Assembly: GCA_011109175.1 (NCBI GenBank)
Contig: RDEW01000028.1
Location: 603,458-636,457 of the forward strand
Source: Dicyema japonicum
Lineage: Eukaryota; Animalia; Dicyemida
Reading direction: 5' to 3'
DNA length: 33,000 nucleotides
Position numbers and translations under genes: made by a program. Position 1 is the stretch's first letter. Each line of letters begins with the position of its first letter. The notes under the pieces are model-generated. The model was not told the DNA's origin, searched no databases, and saw nothing but the letters and a program-made list of their open reading frames with translations. This document shows, in pieces, positions 11,901 through 23,599 of the stretch.

Positions 11901-13684
11901 GGATTTTTTCGGGGAGACTGTCGGGGTAGAAGTCAGTTAGCATGTTCTACAGTTTCATATTACTTCTCCATCACTTAATTTACAGTGCTTTTTATTTATA
12001 ATAACTTACTTAACTTACTTAATTTTATTTGCGTCTTATGAGAATAAATTTTAATGAACTATTTTTTAAAAGCTGGCGATTTGGAGGAGTTTGATTTGGG
12101 GATTTTAGGTAAAATTTGGCGATTAAGGAAACAGATAAACCTTTTTCCTTATGTATTTTCTATTATCACATAAAGAACTAACGAAAAATGGGATAAACAA
12201 ATACTATTGGGTTATAATCTGTGCGATCATACTTGGCCGTAAGCACATGTACTCAGTCGAACACAGAAGTGAAGTGGTCAGAGGCCATGTATGATGAATC
12301 ATCATTGATGATAATTACATGATCTTAGTTATGTAGCCAGTCGTTATCAAATCAATAGTATTGGCACCACAAAGAACACATAAAAACAGTCAATTAAGGT
12401 TCCCTTGTGCCGCGCCACCCTCTGTACTAAGCTCATCCATGATCCCCTCTTTTTTTCAATTTCTAGAGTTCATCGAGATTGTCGGCCGTTGCAAAATAGA
12501 AATAACTTTAATGATTACATCTAAATTGAGATAGAAATTTATGCGGTTTGTTGACCGTTTATGTCAAATACTGCAATTAAATTCTAAGATAATCCAAAAT
12601 CTAAGAATTAATAACAGTTAATCTTCTTAGATTCGTGAGCCTCCATCTACATGTAGCCTCTCATACTAGATATAGTACTCCAATATCTTAATCCGTTTCT
12701 TTTGAAAATAACGTCTTTCTGGAAAGTTAGGTTAGAACAAAAATGCTTTCAACAAACTTTAGTTAACCGTAGCCTTAACAAATAGACGACCGCAATAATT
12801 AAAAGAAGTGTGCGGTCACATTAGTTTATAGAAAATAAAAATGTTAGTAAATTGAAAAACATCATAAACCAAAATTTCTAGTGCTAAAGTTTTGATGACC
12901 AAATTATCAAATATACCTTTTTCCCCCCAATATCGGACGAAGAATCGCTTGAAAGAGAATCCCCTAAGGACTTCGTTGAGGCAGAACTCGAAATGGCAGT
13001 GATCTGAGGGAAGGCGCACACAATCTTGGCCTTTTACGCAATCTTGAATTAAAAAAAATATTAAAAATAAACCCCCTGGTAATACCGTAAGAAGTTAAAA
13101 GTTAATTAACATATAATTAAAGTATATCCAGTCTCACGACCAGAGTATGACGCCTCCCTTTCAAACATCACGTCGATCCATATCTGGCATTGTTGGAACC
13201 CCACCAGTAAAGTAGGGAAGAGAGTAATCCTTTTTACTTGCAGGCCAGGTACTTGGCGTCTTCTAAGACATAAGGATCACATGACGCCTCTTTGAAATCG
13301 ACGAAATCATGGAAAATCCTTCGATCATGTAGAATCCAACACAAACAACAGAAGCGACAGCACCAACCACTATATTACCTGTCCAAAAAGGATGTCAATA
13401 TCTAAGGGCTACAAAACCAATAAATGATAAAATAAATCGAGAAAATATTCACCTATTACTTCCTGATTAAACATTTGGACGTTTTATAAATAATCATTAA
13501 AACTACAACAATTAATTATCTCAATAATAATCCTTCACCAAACGATCTTGTCCAAAGTTTTGAGCTCACAAATCTTGAACAGAAACCCACGTGTAGCTGT
13601 TAATTATTTAGTCCATAAATTACTTCAAGAGTGTTAGAAGGCAACAAAAGAAAGAAAAGCTCAGAGTAGGCATTCTCTAAGATA

Positions 13685-14033
13685 TCCTTTATCAGCTCTA
13701 TCACTTCGTGAGTTTGACTGTTAAATCAGGATGAGTTGTTAAGTCAAGCTAAACTCAAAAATCTATTAATGCTCTCATATTCTTAAATTTAATCAAATAT
13801 CTTAATAACCTAATCAACTTATGACAAATTGCTGGAATCAAGGCGACAAAATTATGTAAGAACGACACGTAATCCGAAGAAGAAACAAAGTTAGTTTTTA
13901 ATCACAGAGTATAAAATTACGTATTCATTAGTCTCTCTATAGTTCATCAAAGAAGACATTATGAATTTTCAAAGTTTGAACCACAAGAGATTAAAATTCT
14001 AAACCCACGTGCATTCACTGAGCCAAACCTGTG
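13685..14033 (+). pseudogene. Possible decayed spliced orphan gene
   Basis: Micro-intron-like GT..AG segments (13708-13729, 13921-13942) link frames DILYQLYHF/DELLSQAKLKNLL and a final exon ending ..FEPQEIKILNPRAFTEPNL-stop, but intervening stops prevent a full model. Confidence 0.25.
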
Positions 14034-14385
14034 AATGATAGATAGAATGAATCAATTTATCAATTTTTTATCACAAAGTATTAAAAAACATTAACCACAC
14101 ATTAAATGATATTAATCAAACCCGAGTAATTTTTTCCAATAAAATGTACTTTTAATTAATTCGTAAATGCTAAGAAACGATGTAATTTGCTGACGTATTA
14201 GATAAATCTGTGAAATAGAAGAATAAACGAATTTTGGTGAATACAAATATTATGCTATAAAAAAATAAATACTATGATAATTTATTTAATCTAAAAATAT
14301 TATTTTTTGAATAAAAAATACAAATTTGAATGCGGTCAGCCTTCGTGGTCATATAAATTGAAAAATTTAAAGGAAAATAATAATT

Positions 14386-15108
14386 ATGTCAATTGTTACA
14401 AGCTCACCACCAAGAAATCGAAGAAGGACTGAAAGGGACATAGCAGCACTGTAGCATTATCTTACATTACAAATTTCACATTCTCTTATTTCTAGGATCG
14501 AGGATGGGTACCAGGTTTACTTCCACCGTGAAGGGAATGATAAAGAGGGACCTTCGTTTTCCGTGAAATTTTGTGGCCCCAATGACTGTAAGTAAAAACT
14601 ATAAAAATCGTCATTTCTGACGCAAATACTATCGATTAATGCTATTAGCAAACTACCGAGGAGGGATATGGTATATAAGAGTCGACCTCCCCCTTGACTA
14701 CCCTGTCAAGTCTCCCTCTATTGGCTTCTCCAATCGTATTTATCACCCAAATATTGACGAACTCTCAGGCACTGTGTGTCTTGATGTCCTCAACCAGAGT
14801 TGGACCTCCATTTACGGTTTGTTTATATAATTAGAGCTTAGACCTTAAAAATGTATTTGGGTCATTTATACCTCAACTTTTACTGTACCCCAACCCTACT
14901 GATCCTCTTAATGGGGATGCTGCCAATATGTATATGAACCAACCTGAACAGTACATCAAAAAAGTCCGAGGTTGAGGTATCCTTGTATTTTTGCAGATTA
15001 TGTTGACCAGTATGCCTCATCCGCCATTCCTCCCCAATGGGACGTGTTGAATCTGAAGCTGAGAGCGATATTAGCTCGATACACTCACATGACGATATCG
15101 ATATTTGA
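14386..15108 (+). CDS. UBE2H: Ubiquitin-conjugating enzyme E2 H (Ubc8), 5 exons
   Basis: Exons 14386-14450, 14496-14587, 14649-14816, 14842-14970, 14997-15108; all introns GT-AG and phase-consistent. Protein includes [95 protein letters not shown], with HPN motif and catalytic Cys. The acidic tail [23 protein letters not shown]-stop needs one extra C in the run at 15032-15035. Confidence 0.95.
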
Positions 15109-16255
15109 TTTAACAAAACTATTTTCTCATTTTTCTGTGTCGCATTGGTATATTGGGAATATTCCTATTTTAAATTGCTAACTTTTCTCTAGACACTGTC
15201 ATTGACTAGAACCTAATGTTCTCTGAAATTCTTCTCCTATACGCTAACAGAGACTATATTCCTCTAGAAGTTTCCAGAAAATAGTCTTCGCAGACTATTC
15301 TCTCAGAGGTTAGCATAAAATAGATATTATCTTATTACAAGCTAACTAGATCTTATATTTTCAGAAATCCTTCTTTCATTATAAAATTGTGGGTATTAAT
15401 ACTCGTTTTCTGTGAAATATTCAGCTACCAATCTATCGCTTTAAATACACCTAGAATCCACAGGAACGAGTGGAGTGGATGACGTTGTTTTAGTTTCCCG
15501 GGTTGCACATGCTTTGTCATGACAATGCATAGCAAAAGTGCATTAAAATGAGACCACCTCTTGTCTTGGTCCACCATCGATTTCTGCGCCACACCAGATA
15601 ACTCTGACTGAGCTCCGGAACGTTCTCATTTTCATGTCAACAACCGTTTAATTTTACTTGAAAAGACCGGAGATAAATAACTAATATTGTGGTTTTTGAC
15701 TATCACAAAATCAATTTTTCAAACTTGGAAATTATGATCAATAAATTCCCCATCCGTTATCCTATTAACTCCTCATCCTCTTATGTCGTCATAAAAACTC
15801 ACAAAGTGATATCATACTTGATTGTCGTAATATTTATCCAAATTTATTGCGTAGTAGATTATGACGATTACGCATTATTCTTAATGAATTTGCATTAATG
15901 CTCCCATTCGGAATATGGCAAAATACTTTAAAAAAGATCACAACATCCACGTCCTAAACCACACCCGTGAGTCCAAAATTCCATTCTGGTTTTTAAAGAA
16001 AGAAGTAGAATCCAGTATTGATGGATCTATAATTCAGAATAAATATCCAAAATGGCGACCTACTAAAAATGGTTTTTTTGTCATATCCCTGTTAATAAGT
16101 AGATATTCTAACGATTTTGAGGACAAATTCAATTGAATGAGTTAAGAATTTGTTCTAATTTTTATTTAACATTAAGAAAACAATTTAATTGCCTAAAATA
16201 TTAAAAATATAAGAATTTGTAACAATTTTATATTTCTCCCCAAATTTATATTGAA

Positions 16256-16630
16256 AGGAAGTGTTTAATTGGTCGGAAGGCTGAGGTGGTGATGTACCTC
16301 TATTGCACAAAATGTCTACTTAGCTTCATGATTGATGAAAACCCTATAGTGACTCTAGAATAGATGACGGACTCGAGAGACATCAGAAACTAATTTCAGG
16401 ACAAAGAAAGTATACAGTCCATGTAGGATCCGGAGTTGAATATCTTCCCCAAATTAAAAGAACTTGGGGATCATCTGTAAGGAGCTGCACGTATAGGATA
16501 ATGATAAACTTCTAAGAGAACGTCCCCTACTGAGAACACGTCAAACTAAAGAATTAGTACATTTCAAAGGTGGTGTGACCATTTTTTGATTGTCAATAAT
16601 TAAAGACAAAGTTAGTTTGATTGCTGTATT
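16256..16630 (-). pseudogene. Decayed paralogue of the 6640-7090 portion of the orphan gene locus
   Basis: Alignable by eye: ttaattggtcggaa, gcttcatgattga, gacatcagaaac and attgtcaataat occur in the same order at 6650-7060 and 16267-16600. Minus translations FLMSLESV...SSIMK and IIDN are shared. Confidence 0.6.
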
Positions 16631-16767
16631 GAAAATAATGTACTACAAACTCCTTCAATTTCCTTTAGTCGCCACAAAACTGAGGTTTATCGACTACACT
16701 ATAAAAATAACTACACGCTTTAACCACGTGCTATTTATGAACACATTTTTGAATTAAAAAAAAGTTA

Positions 16768-17238
16768 TTATCTAATTTTTTTGATACATTTGTAGAAACC
16801 AAAAGCTTTGAGAAAAAATATTCCCTCCTCTTGAATGACTTCATAAACGTTAAACATGTTTCTCTTCTTAAGGTTGAAGACTGCGTACATTCCATTGCCT
16901 TCATTTCCAACCTCCATTACGTTTTTCCCAATATAAATTATCCCCCTGTAAATGGTTCCAATTCCAGTGCTTTTTATTTTGTATTTGTACCACCCTTTGT
17001 CTGAAATTGTATCATAAGTCAGTTTATAGACAGTATCGTTGATTGTAAGTTCTACCTTATAGCACGGAAAAACAGGGGATCTAACTATGGGGGAACAATT
17101 CTGCCAGTACAGCGACACCAAGGCAGTGTCTACAATAAATGTAAAAGACGTACTTATTAGTGGAAGTAGCAAGGAGACACCTATACCAATTTTGCCATGA
17201 CGTTTATGTTTAAGTTTACCCAAAAATTCTCTGACCAT
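16768..17238 (-). CDS. Intronless hypothetical protein, 156 aa; basic N-terminus, hydrophobic segment, then a beta-rich Gly/Tyr domain
   Basis: Uninterrupted ATG-to-stop ORF of 471 nt in AT-rich DNA; hydrophobic stretch IGIGVSLLLPLISTSFTFIVDTALVSLYW. No family recognised. Confidence 0.5.
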   Translation of the reverse strand: MVREFLGKLKHKRHGKIGIGVSLLLPLISTSFTFIVDTALVSLYWQNCSPIVRSPVFPCYKVELTINDTVYKLTYDTISDKGWYKYKIKSTGIGTIYRGIIYIGKNVMEVGNEGNGMYAVFNLKKRNMFNVYEVIQEEGIFFLKAFGFYKCIKKIR

Positions 17239-17677
17239 TTACTATTAACGTATTTTCAGTTTAAATTGGTATTCTTAGAAAACAGAAAATCTCTACTTTT
17301 AGAAACTTTATTACGAAAGTATCAACTTTCATGGAAACTTAAAAATGACTGATCTGGAACCAAACAATTTATGTTGGGAACAAATTAATACGAAGAGGAA
17401 ATTTTGGAGGAGAGTTAACTGACCTGACAACATCTACAAAAAACTGTAAATTAAAAAGGATTTTTTTCATTGTTGACAACTTTGGTCACTTCTTTTATAG
17501 TGTCATTTTAATCGTCGAATTTCTCGTTAAAAATTCAACCATTTATGATTTCCTTTAGAAAATATCATATTTCCTTTTTTGACGACTTTAATCAAAGGAA
17601 ATTGATCTTAACGGCTCAGGTTTAACGACAAGAATAAACCAGATTTTCTCACACAAAAGTCTATTTTCCATTTTAAG

Positions 17678-19249
17678 CAGTGGTTCCCACCTTTTTGAGA
17701 GCACGGAACCCTATCGACATTTTTCATTTTATACGGAACCCTCATATATTTTTTAATAATCATCAGGTTTTTTACTAATATGAAAAAAATAAAATGCTAG
17801 TTAGTGAAATGGTTGATGTCTCTTGCATAGCTCTGTAATATTAGGCCTTGTCCTTGACAGGGATAAATGTAGGTCTTCTTCCACATACAGTAGGTTCGCA
17901 CGTTTATTATTCTTTATATTTGCTAATGCAGAAATTCCACTTTCACAGAGATAAGTCGTTGAAAACTGAACCAAAACTTTTAAAGCTTTGTTTGTAGGAT
18001 ATTCTTTTTTTACAATCAGCCAAAACGAATCAATCAAGCTGTAAATGTTCCATTTTAACGTTCTGTCACTTGAAACAAAACCAAGTTCTTCCTCTTTTAA
18101 TGATATCTCGTTTCCAGTTATTTCGTACTCAGCAAAAGGGTTCCTCACCCAATCATAGAGTTCAACTGATATGGGTGGAAAATAATTATTCGTACATGAA
18201 GAAAAAAATGCGTGTGAATGATGTTCGGATTCTTATTTTTTTCGCAATAGAAACAAAGCCTTTAAATTGCCCAGTCATTGCTAGAAACCATCAGTGCAGA
18301 TACCCACACATGCATTGCAATCCAACTTTATATCCTCAAAATATGAATTTATGTCATATCCCTTGGTTGTTCCGAGAAACTCTTTGCAGCAAAGAAAATC
18401 TTCAACAATGGATTACATCGTTCATATATCGAACAAAAACAAAAAGTTGCATTCTCTCTGTAATATCTGAGCTTTCATTTACTTGAAGAGCAAAAAACAC
18501 AGATTTTTTTATTCGCTGAACCAAAGTGGTTTCAATATCATCAGACATATCCTTGATGCGTCTGCTCAAGAATTATTAGAAATATTAAGTCGAGCTCAGC
18601 GACAGCAATTTCTCAGAACATTATCTTCACTACTTCTTTGCATGCAGGCAAAATTTCAGTTTCGGCGAGAGAATGCGATTCCATATTTTTAGCGGTAATC
18701 TCAGCAACAGCATAACTAGCATGCAGTGCTTCTTCGTTTATTTTGAATTTTTTTCTAAAACGGGATTCTTGAACTTTATTCTGGTCCAATTTCCGCATAA
18801 AATATTCTTTTTTTTTCTTTGAAAGTTCACGGTGCTTGGTGGAGAAATGACGTCGGTGCCTTATCACTATTCGCAAGTTTTGCAAACAACACAAAGTAGT
18901 AGTGGGCAATCCATGTCTCCAGTCTATGTGCAAACTAAAGGCAATATAACTTTCTCGATACGATCGAACTTAAAGATATGCACTGTCATAAGACTCCATT
19001 TAGACACACGCAAATTAAATTAATTCGTTTTGAAAAATTATTCTTTTGAAAAAACAATTAAAAAAATTTTTTGGAATTTCGCGGAACCCAGGTTGGAAAC
19101 CTCTGCATAAGAATATCCTTGATGCGTCTGCTCATAGAATTATTAGAAATAGGAATTAAGTCGAGCTCAGCAGCGGCAAATTAATTCGTTTTGAAAAAAG
19201 AATTAAAAAAAATTTTGGAACTTCGCGGAACCTAGGTTGGGAACCTCTG
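17678..19249 (-). mobile_element. Internally deleted hAT transposon, Buster/Charlie (ZBED5/SCAND3-like) family
   Basis: Left TIR CAGTGGTTCCCA at 17678; right TIR (reverse complement CAGAGGTTCCCAACC) ends at 19249, with a second copy ending at 19105. 8-bp TSD ATTTTAAG (17670-17677) / ATTTAAAG (19250-19257). Subterminal CGGAACC at 17704, 17734, 19082, 19226. Transposase pieces: ALHASYAVAE, ESSDIT..QLFVFVRY, and the C-terminal KALKVLVQFSTTYLCESGISAL dimerisation domain. Confidence 0.93.
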
Positions 19250-19949
19250 ATTTAAAGTATCATCGTGAGCAAGTATTTATTCACCAAGGATTATTCGTTA
19301 TAATTTAACGAGAAAAAAAGGTTTCTTCATGGAAATACATGATCGCACAATGGAAACATGCGAGGACATGAAGAATGTAAAGAAACGGATCTTCTTAAAT
19401 ATCCGCCTGTTGCTTCCAAAAGACCAAATCAGACAGAAATGCATGTTCCCAATTGGAGCTAGGATTTTTAGAAATACTGAAGAGCTAAAGAAGTTTTACG
19501 TTGCCTTCAGCCGTATTTGGGCAGAGTTTTCGTCATCCCATACTCTGTTATCGCAAGAGATTGGAATTTAAGATCAGACACTCAAGCGACCAGCAAGATA
19601 CATATCCATATGGACTAGGGCAAGAAGAAATAAGTACAAAGATTTAATAAATTATACAATTAGGCAGATATTCTAATAAAAATACGATTGTGTGATTATT
19701 AGATATATTCGGTGGTTTTGATTATCGAGAGCAGATTGCTTGTCTCAATATTGTCTGACAATTTCTGTTCACACACTTTGTAACCAAATACATAAATCGA
19801 GGATGTAATTTATGACAAACGTCTTTCCATAACCACTCATCTGGAATGTACTTCTTGTGTATAAACTTGGCGACCTCTTCAAAGAGATGGTCATGAATTA
19901 ATATGTATTTTTTGTAAGGTAACAATTTATTGAAGAATAAAACCAAATA

Positions 19950-22255
19950 GTTAAAGGCTACTGGCTCCTCTCAGGATTGAGAGCGCATTTCCCCTTTTAT
20001 TGTGGTGTTGTGGTGTATTAGCCGTTCTACTTTTTGGATTGAACATGACAATGGAAAAGGATCCGAAACCAACACCGAAACCCAAAGAGCATATTTCTCG
20101 CACGTCTATCCTCTGCATTATCTGTGGAGAGGCAAACAAGAGGAAATATAGTATCCAATGTTCCCGTTGCCCAAATTTTGGACACCTTGGGTGCAACAAG
20201 CTGACAAGACGGACTGCTCAGTGTCTCCCAAGTTGGTCATGCCCCACATGCCTTGGGAACCCCACAAGGCAAAAGGAACCGCTCTCTGGTTCAGTCCTGG
20301 ACCTATTAACACGGACGAATGTTTACGCCGCCTGAACCGGCTTGTATCAGAGAGGGTTATCCCACTCAGAATCCCAAAGTCGGTGCGCCTAGCAGCTGCC
20401 ACGTGTCTCTCAAAACTAATCACCAAAGCAGTCAGTGACAACACCCAAGAAGCTTGGATGCGCCTTCTCTGCTTTGCACCTCTAGTCCTCGGATCACATC
20501 CGACCGAACTGAAGGAACGGAATGTCAAGTCAATCATCAAAAGGAACGTTTCTAAATACGAAAGTATCAACCTGGCGGATACACTGGAAAGCATTTCGAC
20601 TTCTGTTGACTCACCCTCTTCATCCAGAACCAAGAAAAGGGATCTTCGCAGAGAAATAAACAAGAAGATCATGGTCGGGGACATTCGGGGAGCCCTACGT
20701 ACACTCTCCAGCAGCGACAAGGTTCTTTCACCAAGCAAAGAAACCTTAGACCAGTTAGTCCAGAAACATCCGCCCGCACCAGCTGATCTACGTGACACGA
20801 AAATTCAAAAGGATGTCCCACAACTAAATGCCACCCCTGATGATATTAAATGGGCTATTCGTGCATTTGGAAGCAGCGGCGCCGGTCTGGACGGCCTACG
20901 CCCAAGCCACATAAAAGACCTCACCTCTGTAACAACCGTCGACACAGGGGACTCCCTCATCGTCTCATTGAATGCTCTTACGAACCACGTTCTTCGGGCA
21001 GATATCTCGGAGTATGCTCGAGAACTCCTCTTCGCTTCGAGGTTGGTAGCCTTCAAGAAGCCTTGCGGCGGGATAAGACCCATCGCCATTGGTAACGTCC
21101 TTAGGCGCCTATCGTCGAAGATCGCTGCCAGAGCAGCCAGCAAGACTTTGAGTGCCGAACTTAGTCCTGTCCAACTCGGAGTTGGAGTACCTAATGGATG
21201 TGAAGCAGTAATACATTCAATCCGGAATTTTGTTGCCAGCCCTCCTGACGCGCAGGATTCAATTATAGTCAAACTGGACATACGTAATGCATTCAATAGC
21301 ATCCGAAGGATAGAATCATAGAAGATATTGTCTCTAGGATTCCTGAGATCAGCAGGATGGTCAGACTCTCATATGGTTCCCCGTGTACGCTGATCTTCGG
21401 ACAACACGCCATCAAGTCCAAGACTGGAGTCCAACAAGGAGACCCACTTGGCCCTCTACTCTTTGCTTTGGGATCGACTGTGTATCATCTGCGATCAAAA
21501 CTCCCTTGAACTTATGGTACCTTGATGACGCGACCATTGGGGGAGTTGGGAAATTGTTGTGGAAGAGGTTAAACGCGTCATCCCTGCCCTCGCGGCACTC
21601 GGACTGGAGCCGAATCCATCGAAGTGCGAAGTTATTAACGTGACCTGTGGAGAGGACACCTTTGAACGCGCAATAACGACCATTTCTACTTGCCTCCAGG
21701 ACATCAAAGTCACCCGACTAGAAAAGGCGATTTTCCTCGGATCTCCTCTGTATGACATGTCAACTGTCCTGGAGGAGAAGAGTGAATCCGTACAGCTGCT
21801 CACGCACAATCTAAAGGCTTTGGACTCCCACATTTCTCTCTTCATCCTCAAGAATTTTCACCTTACACCACGACTCCTTTTTTTTCTACGGACATCCCCA
21901 TGTTTCACAGACATGGATTTCTTGAGAGTTATCGATGAGAAGCTGAGGACCTCTGTTGAAGAAACACTTAACATCTCTCTGGATAAAGCAGGGTGGACCC
22001 AATGCAAGTTACCACTTCGTTATGGAGGAATTGGGATACGCTCGCCACTTGAACTCGCCCTCCCAGCCTTTCTGTCTTCGACATATGCTTCCCGTGGTCT
22101 AGTTCACCAGATCCTACGCTACATTAACGGATCGGACACTGAACCAATGGCATGCATGGCTCACGATGTTTGGATTGGACTTAATTTGGGACTCCCGAAG
22201 AACTTCAACAAACAACGAGACTGGAACGAACTTGTATGTTCGAGGACCAAAAAAA
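19950..22255 (+). mobile_element. Young CRE-clade (RLE-type) non-LTR retrotransposon: PHD finger plus RT, 3'-truncated before the endonuclease
   Basis: PHD C4HC3 (CIIC..CSRC..HLGC..CPTC) at about 20113-20235. RT motifs FASRLVAFKKPCGGIRPIAIGNVLRRL, QLGVGVPNGCEA, KLDIRNAFNS, GVQQGDPLGPLLF, WYLDD, LPLRYGGIGIR are typical of CRE/SLACS/MoTeR-like elements. Four frameshifts are each fixed by one added base. Ends in a short A run. Confidence 0.92.
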
Positions 22256-23024
22256 AATAAAAAAAAATATGTATTTTTAGGGGATAGATTTGTACATCCC
22301 ATAACACCCATTAACTATCCAATTCGGAAGCTGGTTAATTACTTTAAATATGGTCTGTTTGTTAAAGTCTGCTAATGTGTCTTTTCATTCGGTCACTCTC
22401 TTGTTCATAAAAAAAATTTGTTCTCACTACTCGCCTGCTTCTTCCAATATTCACCTAAAATACCTTCTTTCGTTAAATCAGAACTCTACATTCATTTTCT
22501 CTCGTTTATTTTTTGATAAAAATATCTCCAACTGAATTATAAATTCCAAATTGCATTTCCAATCTTTCGGAATACACCTGGTGATAAGCTCGACCATACA
22601 CAAAGTCTCAAACGCAATTAGGACGAAATAGAAAACGGTTACAAATTTCCTCCGTTCGGCAGAATCAACAGCAGGACAATCCGAGTTTGTTATGAAAATC
22701 ATATTCTTCGAGAAAAAGGTATCAAGTTAAATTAAAGTCTAAGGGAACTGAATAAAACCTATTATGAATTGAGCCTCGATTCCAATTAAAACTTTCTTTC
22801 TAAAAAGTTGATAAGAAACCTTTGTAGGCTTCCGACCATCGGGTTAACAGGCTTTCAGTATTACAGACCATCAGCCTTGAGGTATTCTTGCGAATATTTT
22901 CTAAGCGACTCGGAAAACTCCGACGCCTACTCAACTTTGTCCTCTTCATTAACTGATAATGATGGGACGATTAATTTTATCAAAAAAGGAAACGGAGAAG
23001 GAAAGGGCAAGTCGATTTTTTGTT

Positions 23025-23120
23025 AAAATGAGATTTTGGAGTAAATTCTAGGTTAGGAACCACGTGGTCAGGTTCTCAAGTTTGAAAAGGATAATTTTGG
23101 GTTTTGAGAGGTCAAAATGA
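23025..23120 (+). repeat. Copy of a dispersed roughly 90-bp repeat also present near the window end
   Basis: aaaatgagatttt...ttaggaaccacgtggtcaggttctcaagtttgaaaagg resembles ttagagaccacgaggtaaatactcaagttagaagggg (32847-32884) and aaaatgagattt (32914-32925). Confidence 0.35.
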
Positions 23121-23599
23121 GTTTTTTAAAAGAGAAATTTTTGATAACACACTTAGAAAACACTTCGAATCATCAAAATAATCAGGTTTTTCAATTTACT
23201 AGTATCGATAGGTTAGGAATATATGGAGTCGAACATGACTTTGGAAGATGAATATAGAAGTTCGAGAATATAACGTCTCGACGCCAAAAAATAAAATTCA
23301 ATAAAAATCTGTCTTAGTATTATTATCAACTTAAACTTACTACACTCTGCGTTCAGAAGAGTCGCCAGGAACAATTACCGATATATCCTGTGGTCTTGCA
23401 AAGAACTAGGAAAATGGTTATTTTGGAAAAAGTAGATCGATGTGGAGAAACATCGATTAGTCATGAAAATGGACACCCCGTTCGAGTTTCTCTACAGAAA
23501 TTCGAGAAGACACTTCTGAAATGTAATGGGAGGTATATATTTGTTCTTTAAGGGTTTCGGTACTCTCTGGGGCCATCCTGAGTGACTGCCTGTCATCGT

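Noticed and set aside
12200-13400. Coding-like patches, including ORF 12816-13019
   Set aside because: No consistent frame, splice model or recognisable motif.
15500-15660. Minus-strand VIWCGAEIDGGPRQE, resembling a HECT-domain start (D-x-GG-P-x2-E)
   Set aside because: One short motif with no continuing frame and no splice-compatible extension.
15689-16136. Two plus-strand ORFs vaguely like a GT31 glycosyltransferase (YVVIKT..DYDD..KW)
   Set aside because: I could not join them with valid introns, and the motif spacing is unconvincing.
19950-20050. Possible HDV-like ribozyme at the CRE 5' end (GGCTACT/ATTAGCC, ATTGT/ACAAT and GTTC/GAAC pairings)
   Set aside because: It lacks the pyrimidine-rich L3, the P1.1 GG and the catalytic C in J4/2; short pairings like these arise by chance.
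20118-21851. Long antisense ORFs (20118-20798, 20805-21302, 21495-21851)
   Set aside because: Shadow frames of the GC-richer CRE RT with no independent motifs.
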